Notes under the pieces: model-generated | What the model saw: the letters and a program-made list of their open reading frames with translations, nothing else | Told to the model about the DNA's origin: nothing | Database searches by the model: none | Program-made: the position numbers and the translations under genes | Assembly: GCA_015233165.1 (NCBI GenBank) | Contig: JADFYF010000003.1 | Coordinates: 1 to 61,587 of the forward strand | Direction: 5' to 3' | Source of the DNA: Candidatus Omnitrophota bacterium | GTDB taxonomy: Bacteria > Omnitrophota > Gorgyraeia > Zapsychrales > Fredricksoniimonadaceae | DNA length: 61,587 nucleotides | In this document: positions 37,304-46,649 of the stretch, one piece after another | Position numbering within the stretch: the first letter of the stretch is position 1 | Layout of the letters: every line of letters starts with the position of its first letter

Positions 37304-37783
37304 TTATTTATAAACAACATCCTCGATGGTTACCGGCTTATCCACCTTCAGTCCTATGATTTGCCCTTTTTTAGCCACCTTGACATCCTGACTCTCAATC
37401 TGCATAGACCAAACCTTCTGTACAAACTTACTCTTCTGCCCCACAATCGTTAATTTATCCCCAATAAGAACGGTACCATGAGTAATTTTGACAACACAGA
37501 CGTTAATCCGTTCAAAATAATGAGTAATCTCTCCCACACGAATCAAGGCTGGATCTAACTCAAGTTTCTTAATCTTAGGCGCTGCAGCAACCTTTAGAGG
37601 CTTAATAGGCTTCTCGATCTTCTTTGTCTTAATCGTTTTAACTGCTGACGATTTCTTAACAATCTTCTTGACCACCTGCCGCTTAGCGACCTTCTTACGA
37701 CGGGCTGTAGATTTCTTTTTCGGAGGGGTTTTAATCCAAAATACTTCTTTAAGAACATCAGATAATTGATTAAGGATGGACAT
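37304..37783 (-). CDS. Lys-rich disordered N-terminus plus an EF-Tu domain-2-like beta-barrel protein
   Basis: PPKKKSTARRKKVAKRQVVKKIVKK...KIKK, then RVGEITHYFERINVCVVKITHGTVLIGDKL..., which resembles translation-factor-like barrel proteins. Confidence 0.5.
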   Translation of the reverse strand: MSILNQLSDVLKEVFWIKTPPKKKSTARRKKVAKRQVVKKIVKKSSAVKTIKTKKIEKPIKPLKVAAAPKIKKLELDPALIRVGEITHYFERINVCVVKITHGTVLIGDKLTIVGQKSKFVQKVWSMQIESQDVKVAKKGQIIGLKVDKPVTIEDVVYK

Positions 37784-37807
37784 TTTTAACTCACGACCTA
37801 AGGCTTA

Positions 37808-38125
37808 TTACAAGGATATCTTATCGGCCCAATTAGACACTAGAGGTAACCGTACAAATTCTCCTTTAAGAACAGCAATCAAGCCCCAAAAAGATAAGAC
37901 TAGGAGGATAAAGGTCAAAGGTGCCAATAAAACCGGAATAACAATACTCACAATCCAGATGGCAACTTCAGCAACAAAAATAACCAACCCCTGCTTGCCA
38001 TGAGCCAAAACGAATGGATTGTTCTTTTTTAATATTAACGGAAGTATGCAGAGAATGGATAGGTACGAAAGAAGAGCATAAATTTTTCCATCGAGAATGT
38101 CTTCTTTGGAAAAACCATTCAACAT
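37808..38125 (-). CDS. Small membrane protein (DUF4870-like)
   Basis: YALLSYLSILCILPLILKK...HGKQGLVIF pattern with 3 TM segments. Confidence 0.5.
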   Translation of the reverse strand: MLNGFSKEDILDGKIYALLSYLSILCILPLILKKNNPFVLAHGKQGLVIFVAEVAIWIVSIVIPVLLAPLTFILLVLSFWGLIAVLKGEFVRLPLVSNWADKISL

Positions 38126-39282
38126 TAAGCCTTAACCTCAATAAGAGAATTAATATCTCCAAAAGAATTGCGTTCAGTGTTTTTGTTTTCAGGATCTTCC
38201 TGCCATTTACCATCAACGATAAATTGATACTTATAAGTACCCGGCTTAAGTGACATACGTAATTTCCAGACACCCTGATCATTCGTCATACGGCACTTTT
38301 CATCTAAGGACCAATCATTGAATGACCCCGTTACAAAAACAGACTGAGCTGTTGGAGCTTTTAAAGCAAAGTTGGCCAATCCCACAAATTCCGCTGTTTC
38401 TTTAGCGACCAACTCTTCCATACGGACAGAAGGTTCATAGGCCGCCTGATCTTGAGCGACAACAGGTTTAACAAGAGCTCTCTCAACAGCTTTCTCTAAT
38501 TTAACGGGTTCAGCCACAGACAGAGGTTTATCTAACATGAGAAGTTCCCGGGCTAAACTTAAATAATCTTTTGAACCACGGCAATATTTATCATACTTTA
38601 AAACAGACTCTCCCATCACCGCTGATTCCTTCAGCTTAACGTTGACATGAACAATGGTATCATAAAGAAGCTTTCCAAATTTCTCTTTCATTTTAGCAAG
38701 CATGGAAAAAGAATGGCGCAGGCGAGAATCAAACATCGTAATCAAAATTCTCTGAGAAACAGGATGATTCAGTCGGTCACGAATCAAATTAATAATATCT
38801 GTAATGTGATCCACACCCTGCATTGAAAAACGACTCGTCTCGACGGGGATAATCACCTGATCCGAAGCACGGATAGAGTTGACGGTTAAGAACCCTAAGC
38901 TGGGAGGACAATCAATAAGAATATAATCGTACTGATCTTTAATCTCAGAGAGAATCTCAACCAACTTCAATTCACGACCAATTTCATCCGCTAATTCTTG
39001 TTCCAGAGTTCCTAACAAAACATTGGAAGGAATAATATCAAAATTCTTATCCGCGCGTTTGATAATTTCTTTGATCTTTAATTTACGAGGCGTTAATTTG
39101 GAAATAACATTATAAAGACTATAGCTGTCGTCGATATTAAGACCTAATGTAGCATGAGCCTGAGGATCTAAATCAATCAGAAGAGTTTTCTTGCCATTGT
39201 ATCCAAGAGTTGAAGCTAAATTAATTGCAGTTGTTGTCTTACCGCATCCACCCTTTTGATTGGCTATGGAAAAAATTTTCAT
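38125..39282 (-). CDS. ParA/MinD-type ATPase fused to a C-terminal AMPK-beta/CBM48-like glycogen-binding module
   Basis: Deviant Walker A NQKGGCGKTTTAINLA. The C-terminus VFVTGSFNDWSLDEKCRMTNDQGVWKLRMSLKPGTYKYQFIVDGKWQEDPEN parallels the AMPK-beta GBD pattern GSFNNW...G.H.YKF.VDG.W..DP. Confidence 0.8.
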   Translation of the reverse strand: MKIFSIANQKGGCGKTTTAINLASTLGYNGKKTLLIDLDPQAHATLGLNIDDSYSLYNVISKLTPRKLKIKEIIKRADKNFDIIPSNVLLGTLEQELADEIGRELKLVEILSEIKDQYDYILIDCPPSLGFLTVNSIRASDQVIIPVETSRFSMQGVDHITDIINLIRDRLNHPVSQRILITMFDSRLRHSFSMLAKMKEKFGKLLYDTIVHVNVKLKESAVMGESVLKYDKYCRGSKDYLSLARELLMLDKPLSVAEPVKLEKAVERALVKPVVAQDQAAYEPSVRMEELVAKETAEFVGLANFALKAPTAQSVFVTGSFNDWSLDEKCRMTNDQGVWKLRMSLKPGTYKYQFIVDGKWQEDPENKNTERNSFGDINSLIEVKA

Positions 39283-39303
39283 AAACCTTATTCCTCTGAT
39301 TAA

Positions 39304-39882
39304 TTAGAGATTAGAAAACGAAACATCGTCGATAAAAACTACACCCTTTTTAAAATCCACATTCCACGCTTCCAGCACAAAAGAAACATCTGTCACTGTG
39401 CTCCAGTCCGTCAAGTTCAGCTTATCTAAAGAGATACTAACCTTCTGCCAACCGCCCTGCACATTTTGAATATAATACGTGGCTTTTTCATTGAGCTGAT
39501 TTCCAACCACCATTTTGACGATACCCGGATAAGCTTCTTTAGATCCTCGGATCGTTAAATTTAAATGACTATATTTAGACGCATCCTTTTTAGGTATTGT
39601 GATTGAAAAAGTTTTTGCCGACGGAAACGGATCATTAAGATCATAAGCAATACGAATCGGATTATTGGTCAAAGAATAAAAAACTTGATTATTAAAAACC
39701 ACCCGACGAGTTAAGAAAGCTGTAAACCCATACACCGTCGATATTAAAATGACAGTCGTGATAACAACATTAATAACCATCCACGACTGATTGAGAGTCT
39801 TCTTTTTCTTTTCTTCGACAATATCTTGACGCTTACCAAGGTAAACCTTGGCTAGGTGGTCATAAATCTCATCACGTGTCAT
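39304..39882 (-). CDS. Membrane-anchored protein with a beta-sandwich-like ectodomain (hypothetical)
   Basis: One TM segment (MVINVVITTVILISTVYGF), then a beta-rich region ending VVFIDDVSFSN. First gene of the operon. Confidence 0.5.
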   Translation of the reverse strand: MTRDEIYDHLAKVYLGKRQDIVEEKKKKTLNQSWMVINVVITTVILISTVYGFTAFLTRRVVFNNQVFYSLTNNPIRIAYDLNDPFPSAKTFSITIPKKDASKYSHLNLTIRGSKEAYPGIVKMVVGNQLNEKATYYIQNVQGGWQKVSISLDKLNLTDWSTVTDVSFVLEAWNVDFKKGVVFIDDVSFSNL

Positions 39883-40051
39883 GCGTTACAATCACTCACT
39901 TCTATTTAAAAGAAATTATTAACAATCTCTAACTGATTCATTTGTAATAACTTAGTGTTACAAAAATATATTAACAAAGAAAAATGAAATGCAAAATATT
40001 ATCTAAGAAATTTTTGATCAAGAGAAATGATAGCTCGACGAGAGATAAAGA

Positions 40052-40087
40052 AAAACCCCGCGTTCTGTGAAGAACGTGGGGTTTTTC
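40052..40087 (-). terminator. Rho-independent terminator of the porin gene
   Basis: aaaaaccccgcgttc-tgtga-agaacgtggggttttt; T-runs on both strands. Confidence 0.85.
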
Positions 40088-40113
40088 TTAACAACAAGTT
40101 ATTTTCTAATGAA

Positions 40114-41508
40114 TTAGAAATTAACTCCAACTGAAGCGATCGCTTGTTTTGCAACGCCATCGTTAGCCGCTGTGAATGCACGACCTGGAACAAACCAGCC
40201 TAGGTTTAAACCGAACTTCACGTCTTCGGTATAAGCATAGGATACGTTAGCATCAAATTCATTACCTAATTCTTTATTTGATGTAACTTGAGGAGTAAAC
40301 GTATTTGTAGCAGCATCTGGTTGCATTAAATAACTACTGCCTAAAGTAGTGATACCAGCTTCGGTGCCAGCCGTTAATTTCTGAGCAGCCCAAAGACCAT
40401 TCCAGCTTAAGCTGGTGGTAACATCAGCGATAGGATTAGCAGAAACAGTTGCGTTCAAGATCTGCAAATTCGATAATTTGAAAATGGAATTGAAGATTGT
40501 TCCACCATTTTGATTTTCGAACATTGGATCCCAAGCGCTATTCTTGTAATTGTTATCACCCGTAGCACTCTTATCACCAGAAACATAGGTATAAGAAGCG
40601 CTGACGGTTGGCTTGTATTTAGCTAACTTTTCGCATTGTAATGCATAGCTAACCATACCCTGTAAAGCTAAACCATCACGCTTCTGGTTAAGAGTACCGG
40701 TAGGATTGCTGTTACCACGTTGCAAAGCACCTTCCACTTGCACATTCAACCCTTTAACAGGATTGGTGCTAGCGCGTAAACCAGGAGCAAAAAGATGATC
40801 AGAAGGAGTTCTAGCAGAACCTGCGGTTAGAGCACCTTTTCCTGTGTTTTTACCAAACACATAGGCTTCAACCACGGTATTCATAGCATCACCCAACTGA
40901 TAGTTAGCATTGATACCATAAGCATCGGTATTATCTTTTTGAGCACCAAGTCCCTTAACATTACCCTGAGCAACCTTACCCATGAAAATATCGATGGTCA
41001 AAGGCTTGTAATCCAAGGTAACTCTGACAGCGTCAAGTGATGATCTCATCGATAAGTCATTAGCAACGTTATCTAATGCTCCACCATTAGCGCCACCTGG
41101 ACCTGTTGCATCAAAAACCAGGCTATTACCAAAGGCAAAAACCTGACGACCAACGGTCACAGTTAACGGAGAATATAAAAACTCACGCATTGTGACATAA
41201 GCTAAATACACATCAACCGCATCGGTATTAGTCCCTATTGGAGAAATACTACCCCAGACGCGTTCGTTGATCAAACCGACCGTTGTAGACACATTGTCGC
41301 TTAAATCAGCGTCAACACGGAGGCCTGTTTGTGTTAAAAACAGACTTTGTCTGGAATGATCCCCCACGAATCTTTGATTAAAATTGAAGTCTTGACGATT
41401 TACATAGGTACTATCGACGAAACCGCTGACCTTCACGTTCTGAACGGCAGCGAAAGCTGGAGCAGCCATAAGGAAGGCAACAGCTAAAGCTAATACTAAT
41501 TTTTTCAT
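40114..41508 (-). CDS. Outer-membrane beta-barrel porin-like protein
   Basis: Signal peptide ...APAFA, alternating beta-strand pattern, C-terminal ...VGVNF. Confidence 0.65.
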   Translation of the reverse strand: MKKLVLALAVAFLMAAPAFAAVQNVKVSGFVDSTYVNRQDFNFNQRFVGDHSRQSLFLTQTGLRVDADLSDNVSTTVGLINERVWGSISPIGTNTDAVDVYLAYVTMREFLYSPLTVTVGRQVFAFGNSLVFDATGPGGANGGALDNVANDLSMRSSLDAVRVTLDYKPLTIDIFMGKVAQGNVKGLGAQKDNTDAYGINANYQLGDAMNTVVEAYVFGKNTGKGALTAGSARTPSDHLFAPGLRASTNPVKGLNVQVEGALQRGNSNPTGTLNQKRDGLALQGMVSYALQCEKLAKYKPTVSASYTYVSGDKSATGDNNYKNSAWDPMFENQNGGTIFNSIFKLSNLQILNATVSANPIADVTTSLSWNGLWAAQKLTAGTEAGITTLGSSYLMQPDAATNTFTPQVTSNKELGNEFDANVSYAYTEDVKFGLNLGWFVPGRAFTAANDGVAKQAIASVGVNF

Positions 41509-41666
41509 TGTAATCTCCCAATTAATTTAGGATTGAATTTTATATATATCTAGGTGTCTGGCCTAGGAATTTGTCAATCAGACCCCTTGTTGATGATTCG
41601 CGACCGTTTTAGCTCATCCCTCCTTTCTCAGTCCTCATTAAATCATCAGGGTGGAAAACTTCTTGC

Positions 41667-41717
41667 ATTTTGCCATTAGCCTAAGGCCATGTCAAGAAAA
41701 TTTAATAAAATTTTAAT
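41667..41717 (-). promoter_or_regulatory. Promoter with 11-bp-phased TTAA/TTGAC repeats (candidate Pho box)
   Basis: Minus strand: TTAAA (41716), TTAAA (41705), TTGACA (41695-41690) spaced 11 bp apart, then 17 nt, then CAAAAT (41672-41667). Confidence 0.45.
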
Positions 41718-41738
41718 AGTCGTCAACACCATGCATTT

Positions 41739-41769
41739 CCCCGCTCATCAATAAACACATTGAGCGGGG
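41739..41769 (-). terminator. Hairpin downstream of phoU
   Basis: ccccgctca - 13-nt loop - tgagcgggg. There is no good U-tract on the minus strand. Confidence 0.4.
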
Positions 41770-41819
41770 TTATTCTATATCAGATGAAATGTATCTTGTT
41801 GGTGATAAAAGAGTTGCGG

Positions 41820-42473
41820 CTAATCGTGCGGATGATGCTTCACATCGCGGCCTTCAACGATGTAAATAACCTCTTCAGAGATATTGGTGGCTAAATCCGC
41901 GATGCGTTCAAGGTTATGAGCAATACGCATCAATTGCAGGCAACGGGGAATCACATCTATCTTACCCCGCATCAATTCCGTTAAATCCTTAAGAATCTTA
42001 TCTCCGGCATCATCCACAATGCTGTCCCGTTCACAGACAGCCTGAGCCAGGGTGACATCTTCATTAACAAAGGCATTAATACTGTCTTTGAGCATACGAA
42101 CTGAATTCTCTCCCATTAGCCTTAAATCGTCCGAAGACGTCATGACAGGATTTTGAAGAAGAAAAACACCGCTTTCGCAGATATTCACCGCATGATCCGC
42201 CATACGTTCAAGATCCTTGTTCATTTTAATGATCATAATAACCATCCGAAGGTCTCGCGCCACAGGCTCATACTGAGCAATCAGCTCTACGCACATTTTC
42301 TCAATATCACGATCATAATCATTCACTCTGGGCTCATACGTATTGATCACCTCTTCTAACAGGCCAGAGTTTCTATCCAGAAGGCCCCGGATACTCTTAC
42401 CAATCATGTCTTCAACAAGAGAAGCATCTTGAATTAATTTATGCTTGAGCTCTACAATTCTATCTTTAAACAT
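41820..42473 (-). CDS. phoU: Phosphate signalling protein PhoU
   Basis: Duplicated PhoU repeats; 217 aa; follows pstB. Confidence 0.9.
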   Translation of the reverse strand: MFKDRIVELKHKLIQDASLVEDMIGKSIRGLLDRNSGLLEEVINTYEPRVNDYDRDIEKMCVELIAQYEPVARDLRMVIMIIKMNKDLERMADHAVNICESGVFLLQNPVMTSSDDLRLMGENSVRMLKDSINAFVNEDVTLAQAVCERDSIVDDAGDKILKDLTELMRGKIDVIPRCLQLMRIAHNLERIADLATNISEEVIYIVEGRDVKHHPHD

Positions 42474-42503
42474 AACACTCCTTATAAAACGACACGCCTA
42501 TGA

Positions 42504-43259
42504 TTAACCGAACTTTCCTGATAAATAGTCCTCGGTCCGTCGGTCTTTAGGAACCGTGAAGATCTTCTTTGTCAAATCGTATTCTATCAAATTACCTAAA
42601 TAAAGGTAAGCAGTATAATCGGAAACTCTGGCCGCCTGCTGCATATTGTGCGTTACAATGACGATGGTATAATTGGCCTTCAAATGATGCATCAATTCTT
42701 CGATATGCCCTGTCGCAATAGGATCCAGGGCTGAACAGGGCTCATCCATCAACAAGATATCCGGCTTCACAGGCAATAATCGTGCGATACACAAACGCTG
42801 TTGCTGCTCCAGGGAGAGGTTTAATGCCGATGTATTGAGCTTATCCTTAAGACCATCCCACAAATCAACGGCTTTTAAAGACTTCTCTATAATATCTCCG
42901 TATTCCTTAGGAGCCGCACTCCTATGAATCTTAACGCTAAAAAGAACATTCTCTGCCACTGATAAAGGGAAAGGATTAGGTCTTTGAAAAACCATCCCCA
43001 CCTTCTTACGCAACTCAACTAAATCCATCCCCGGATCATTGACATTCTTACCATCAACAATAACCTCTCCATTAACCGAAACGTCCTCGAGCAGATCATT
43101 CATCCGATTATAGGCTCGTAACAAGGTGGATTTACCGCAACCCGAAGGGCCAATCATCGACGTAATCATATTCTTAGGGATATCAATATTCACATCCTTA
43201 AGAGCGTGGAAGGTTCCATAAAAAAGATTAAAATTCCTCGTCTGAATAATCGCGCTCAT
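42504..43259 (-). CDS. pstB: Phosphate ABC transporter ATP-binding protein
   Basis: Walker [10 protein letters not shown], signature LSLEQQQRL, C-terminus RTEDYLSGKFG. Confidence 0.92.
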   Translation of the reverse strand: MSAIIQTRNFNLFYGTFHALKDVNIDIPKNMITSMIGPSGCGKSTLLRAYNRMNDLLEDVSVNGEVIVDGKNVNDPGMDLVELRKKVGMVFQRPNPFPLSVAENVLFSVKIHRSAAPKEYGDIIEKSLKAVDLWDGLKDKLNTSALNLSLEQQQRLCIARLLPVKPDILLMDEPCSALDPIATGHIEELMHHLKANYTIVIVTHNMQQAARVSDYTAYLYLGNLIEYDLTKKIFTVPKDRRTEDYLSGKFG

Positions 43260-44017
43260 TAACCAAATCTCCCTGAAATATAATCATCTGTGCGACGATC
43301 AGAAGGAGATGTGAACAGTTTTCTAGTGTCATCCACCTCGACTAATTGCCCCATCAAGAAAAATGCTGTTCGATCCGCCACTCGCGCGGCCTGCTTTGTG
43401 TTATTTGTTACCAAAATCTGAGTATACTTTTCCTTGAAACGAACCATGGCTTCTTCAATTTTCGCCGTCGATATAGGATCCAGCGCAGAGCAGGGTTCAT
43501 CATAAAGTATAATCTCAGGGTCAACAGCTAAGGTCCTTGCTAAACACAATCTCTGCTGCTGGCCTCCGGAAAGCTTCATCCCGTGCTCCCCTAAACGATC
43601 CTTCACCTCATCCCACAAATAAGCGGCTTGCAAAGAACGCTCTACCGCCTCAGCAATCTTGTTCTTGTCTTTAATGCCATGACGTCTTAAACCATAAGCC
43701 ACATTTTCAAGAACTGTCATAGGCAGAACCGTCGGCAAAGCAAAAACCATCCCCACCTTCTTACGTAACTTTTCTACGTCGATATCTGAATAAATGTTAA
43801 CCCCATTGACCGTTAACGTTCCCTTAAAATGGAAAGACGCATACATATCATTAAAACGATTCAGACAACGCAGGAAGGTTGTCTTACCGCTATTCGACGG
43901 CCCAATGATACTTAAAATCTCATTTCCATAAACTTCCAAAGAAAGAGCTTTAAGAACCTCGTGAGTTCCATATCGGACATTCAAATCCAAAGCCTGTACC
44001 TTCACTGTTTTTACCAT
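43259..44017 (-). CDS. pstB: Second PstB-like ATP-binding protein
   Basis: Walker [20 protein letters not shown]-terminus RTDDYISGRFG. Confidence 0.85.
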   Translation of the reverse strand: MVKTVKVQALDLNVRYGTHEVLKALSLEVYGNEILSIIGPSNSGKTTFLRCLNRFNDMYASFHFKGTLTVNGVNIYSDIDVEKLRKKVGMVFALPTVLPMTVLENVAYGLRRHGIKDKNKIAEAVERSLQAAYLWDEVKDRLGEHGMKLSGGQQQRLCLARTLAVDPEIILYDEPCSALDPISTAKIEEAMVRFKEKYTQILVTNNTKQAARVADRTAFFLMGQLVEVDDTRKLFTSPSDRRTDDYISGRFG

Positions 44018-44862
44018 TTTCTCTTTTTTCTAAAATGCGCCCGCACAATAATAGCGATGAGATTCAACGACAACACAATCATCAAAAGCACCAGGGCTGT
44101 TCCATAGCGAACTTCCAACTTAATATTCGGAACCTGGGTGGAGATCACATACAAGTGATACGGTAACGCCATCGCCTGATCAAAGATGGACTTAGGCAGA
44201 CGAGGCAGATAGAACGCAGCTACCGTAAATAAAATTGGGGCTGTCTCCCCTGCCGCTCTGGAAACTGCCAAAATCATACCGGTCAATATACCGGGTAAGG
44301 CATGCGGCAAAACCACATGGCGAATCGTATCCCACTTAGAAACCCCCAGCGAATAACTCACCTGACGAAAAGACTGCGGAACGCTGTCTAACGCTTCTCT
44401 GGTGGTTGTAATAATAATCGGCAACACCATAATCGCCAAGGTCATCGAACCTGCCAATAGCGAGGATCCGAACTTCAAGAATACAACAAAAATGCCTAAA
44501 CCAAACAAACCGTACACAACAGACGGAACACCTGCCAGGTTGATGATCGCCAACTTAACCATACGCGTCAGGAAGTTGTCCTTGGCATACTCCGATAAAT
44601 AAATCGCTGAAAGAATTCCCAACGGTAAGGCAAAGACCAGGGTTCCAAAGACCAAGTACAAGGTTCCGACAATCGCTGGAAAAATCCCCCCTTCACGCAT
44701 GCCTTTTCTTGGCATTTGAGATAAGAACTCCCAGGAGATCGCATGCCAACCTTCTTTAACGATAAAGAACAGAATGCAAATAACAGGCAACACAACAATC
44801 GCTGTTGCTATAAACAGAAGTGTAAAGGCAATTCTCTCTCTGAAATAAGGGTTCTTGATCAT
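44011..44862 (-). CDS. pstA: Phosphate ABC transporter permease PstA
   Basis: 6-TM permease, second permease in the pstSCAB order. Confidence 0.88.
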   Translation of the reverse strand: MIKNPYFRERIAFTLLFIATAIVVLPVICILFFIVKEGWHAISWEFLSQMPRKGMREGGIFPAIVGTLYLVFGTLVFALPLGILSAIYLSEYAKDNFLTRMVKLAIINLAGVPSVVYGLFGLGIFVVFLKFGSSLLAGSMTLAIMVLPIIITTTREALDSVPQSFRQVSYSLGVSKWDTIRHVVLPHALPGILTGMILAVSRAAGETAPILFTVAAFYLPRLPKSIFDQAMALPYHLYVISTQVPNIKLEVRYGTALVLLMIVLSLNLIAIIVRAHFRKKRKW

Positions 44863-45743
44863 TTGGCCTTACGGTGCACGGCAAAATCGGCAATCAGGTT
44901 AATACAAAAGGTAATAATAAAAAGGACAATACCAATAGCAAACAACGAATAGTAATGATCACTTCCCCGAACCGTCTCCCCCATCTCAGCGGCGACCGTC
45001 GCGGTTAATGTTCTTACAGGCTGAAAGATGTTATCTGGAATCCTAGCCGCATTTCCTGTAATCATCATCACCGCCATCGTTTCTCCGATGACACGACCAA
45101 TCCCTAACATCACAGCCGCTACGATCCCTGAAGAAGCGGCTGGCAGAATAACTCTCCAGATGGATTGCCAACGCGTCGCTCCTAACGCCAGAGCTGCTTC
45201 CTTATATCTCTTAGGAACAGCATTGAGAGCATCTTCGGCAATGCTGACGATGGTGGGCATCGCCATGAAGCCTAACATCAGCGCTCCGGAAAAAGCTGTT
45301 AGTCCCGTCGATAAATGAAAGGTGTTTTTTACCCAGGGAACCAGGGTCATCATGCCAATAAAACCTAAAACAACACTTGGGATGGCCGCTAAGACTTCAA
45401 TCCCGGATTTTAGAATCTCTCGCACCCGAGGAGGGGCCACTTCTGAAATGTAAACGGCACTGGCAATCCCAATAGGAACAGCAATAACCGTAGCCCCTAG
45501 CGTTACATACAGAGACCCGACAATCAGAGACAGGATTCCAAAAAAAGGAGGCGTTGAGATGGGATACCATTTCTGACCCAACAAAAAGTCAAAAATAGAG
45601 ATATTCTTAAAAAGGGAGAACCCTTCCTTAGCCAAGAAAAGGAAAATAAGGCAAACAAAAATAATCGAAGCGATGCCGCTCATATAGATGCATCGCTCGA
45701 TGATCCATTCCTGCAGACGTTTTTGGCTGAAACTCTTTTGCAT
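44859..45743 (-). CDS. pstC: Phosphate ABC transporter permease PstC
   Basis: First permease after pstS; typical PstC length. Confidence 0.88.
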   Translation of the reverse strand: MQKSFSQKRLQEWIIERCIYMSGIASIIFVCLIFLFLAKEGFSLFKNISIFDFLLGQKWYPISTPPFFGILSLIVGSLYVTLGATVIAVPIGIASAVYISEVAPPRVREILKSGIEVLAAIPSVVLGFIGMMTLVPWVKNTFHLSTGLTAFSGALMLGFMAMPTIVSIAEDALNAVPKRYKEAALALGATRWQSIWRVILPAASSGIVAAVMLGIGRVIGETMAVMMITGNAARIPDNIFQPVRTLTATVAAEMGETVRGSDHYYSLFAIGIVLFIITFCINLIADFAVHRKAK

Positions 45744-45745
45744 TC

Positions 45746-46597
45746 TTATTTCACAGGTACAAAATCTGTATCTTTCACAATTTCCTGCCCCGGAGCGCTA
45801 AATACAAAGTCCACAAAATCCTTAACTAACCCCTGAGGTTGACCATTCGTATAAAATAATAAAGGTCGGGAGATATAATATTTGTTAGAAACCACATTTG
45901 CAAGCGTGGGAAGATAATATTGACTGGCCGCATCCTTAGCCACTGCAATCGCTTTTTGCGCTTTGGAAATATAACCCATTCCATAATAGCCAATCGCGCT
46001 GGAATTTTGAGCCACTTCGTCGGCAATCGCCTGAGAAGAAGACATCAGCAAAGCCCCTGAATCAAATTCAATAGTAGACTTAGCATCGCCCTTACGCAAC
46101 ACATGTTCCTTAAAATAAACATGCGTACCAGAGTTAACTTCACGGGAAAGAAGAACGATCGGACCATCCTTACCGCCAACTTCTTTCCAGTTTTTAATCT
46201 TACCTGTAAAAATATCTGCCAATTGATCAATGGTTAATTTCTCAACGGAATTCGAAGGATTAACGACGACGGCTAAACCATCTAAGCCTACCTTATATTC
46301 GACGGGAACAATGCCCTTGGTTTTAGCTTGAGCTATTTCTTCGGCCTTGATGGAACGTGAAGACTCCGCAATATCACAGGTCCCACTCATTAAAGCAGCA
46401 ATCCCCGTCCCCGACCCCCCACCGGTGACAGCGATGAGAGCATCCTTATGATTTTGCATATAAGCTTCAGCCCAGGCTTGACCCAAATTCACCATGGTAT
46501 CTGAACCTTTAATTTGAATAGAATTATTTGCCGCCCAAACAGTGTTACAAGAAATGAGTAAGGCTGTAATGAAAACTACTGATCTGACGATACGCAT
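45746..46597 (-). CDS. pstS: Phosphate-binding protein (PstS family, short type)
   Basis: Signal peptide, GSDTM..., GGGSGTG phosphate-binding loops. Confidence 0.85.
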   Translation of the reverse strand: MRIVRSVVFITALLISCNTVWAANNSIQIKGSDTMVNLGQAWAEAYMQNHKDALIAVTGGGSGTGIAALMSGTCDIAESSRSIKAEEIAQAKTKGIVPVEYKVGLDGLAVVVNPSNSVEKLTIDQLADIFTGKIKNWKEVGGKDGPIVLLSREVNSGTHVYFKEHVLRKGDAKSTIEFDSGALLMSSSQAIADEVAQNSSAIGYYGMGYISKAQKAIAVAKDAASQYYLPTLANVVSNKYYISRPLLFYTNGQPQGLVKDFVDFVFSAPGQEIVKDTDFVPVK

Positions 46598-46649
46598 AAC
46601 ATCTCCTTAACTAGATGAATTGGTTTACCTTTATAATATAAAAATTATA

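Noticed and set aside
37968-38282. 104-aa and 79-aa ORFs overlapping the ParA/DUF4870 junction
   Set aside because: They are out of frame within, or antisense to, better-supported genes, and they have no motifs.
37103-39282. ParA-like ATPase plus Flp-like peptide as a degenerate Tad/Cpa pilus locus (TadZ/CpaE analog)
   Set aside because: No CpaF/TadA ATPase, TadB/C, RcpA secretin or prepilin peptidase is in or near the operon. The ATPase carries a carbohydrate-binding module rather than a TadZ receiver-like N-terminal domain.
39999-40193. 64-aa minus-strand ORF at the 3' end of the porin gene
   Set aside because: It overlaps the porin C-terminus and runs through its terminator hairpin. It has no Shine-Dalgarno sequence and is spurious.
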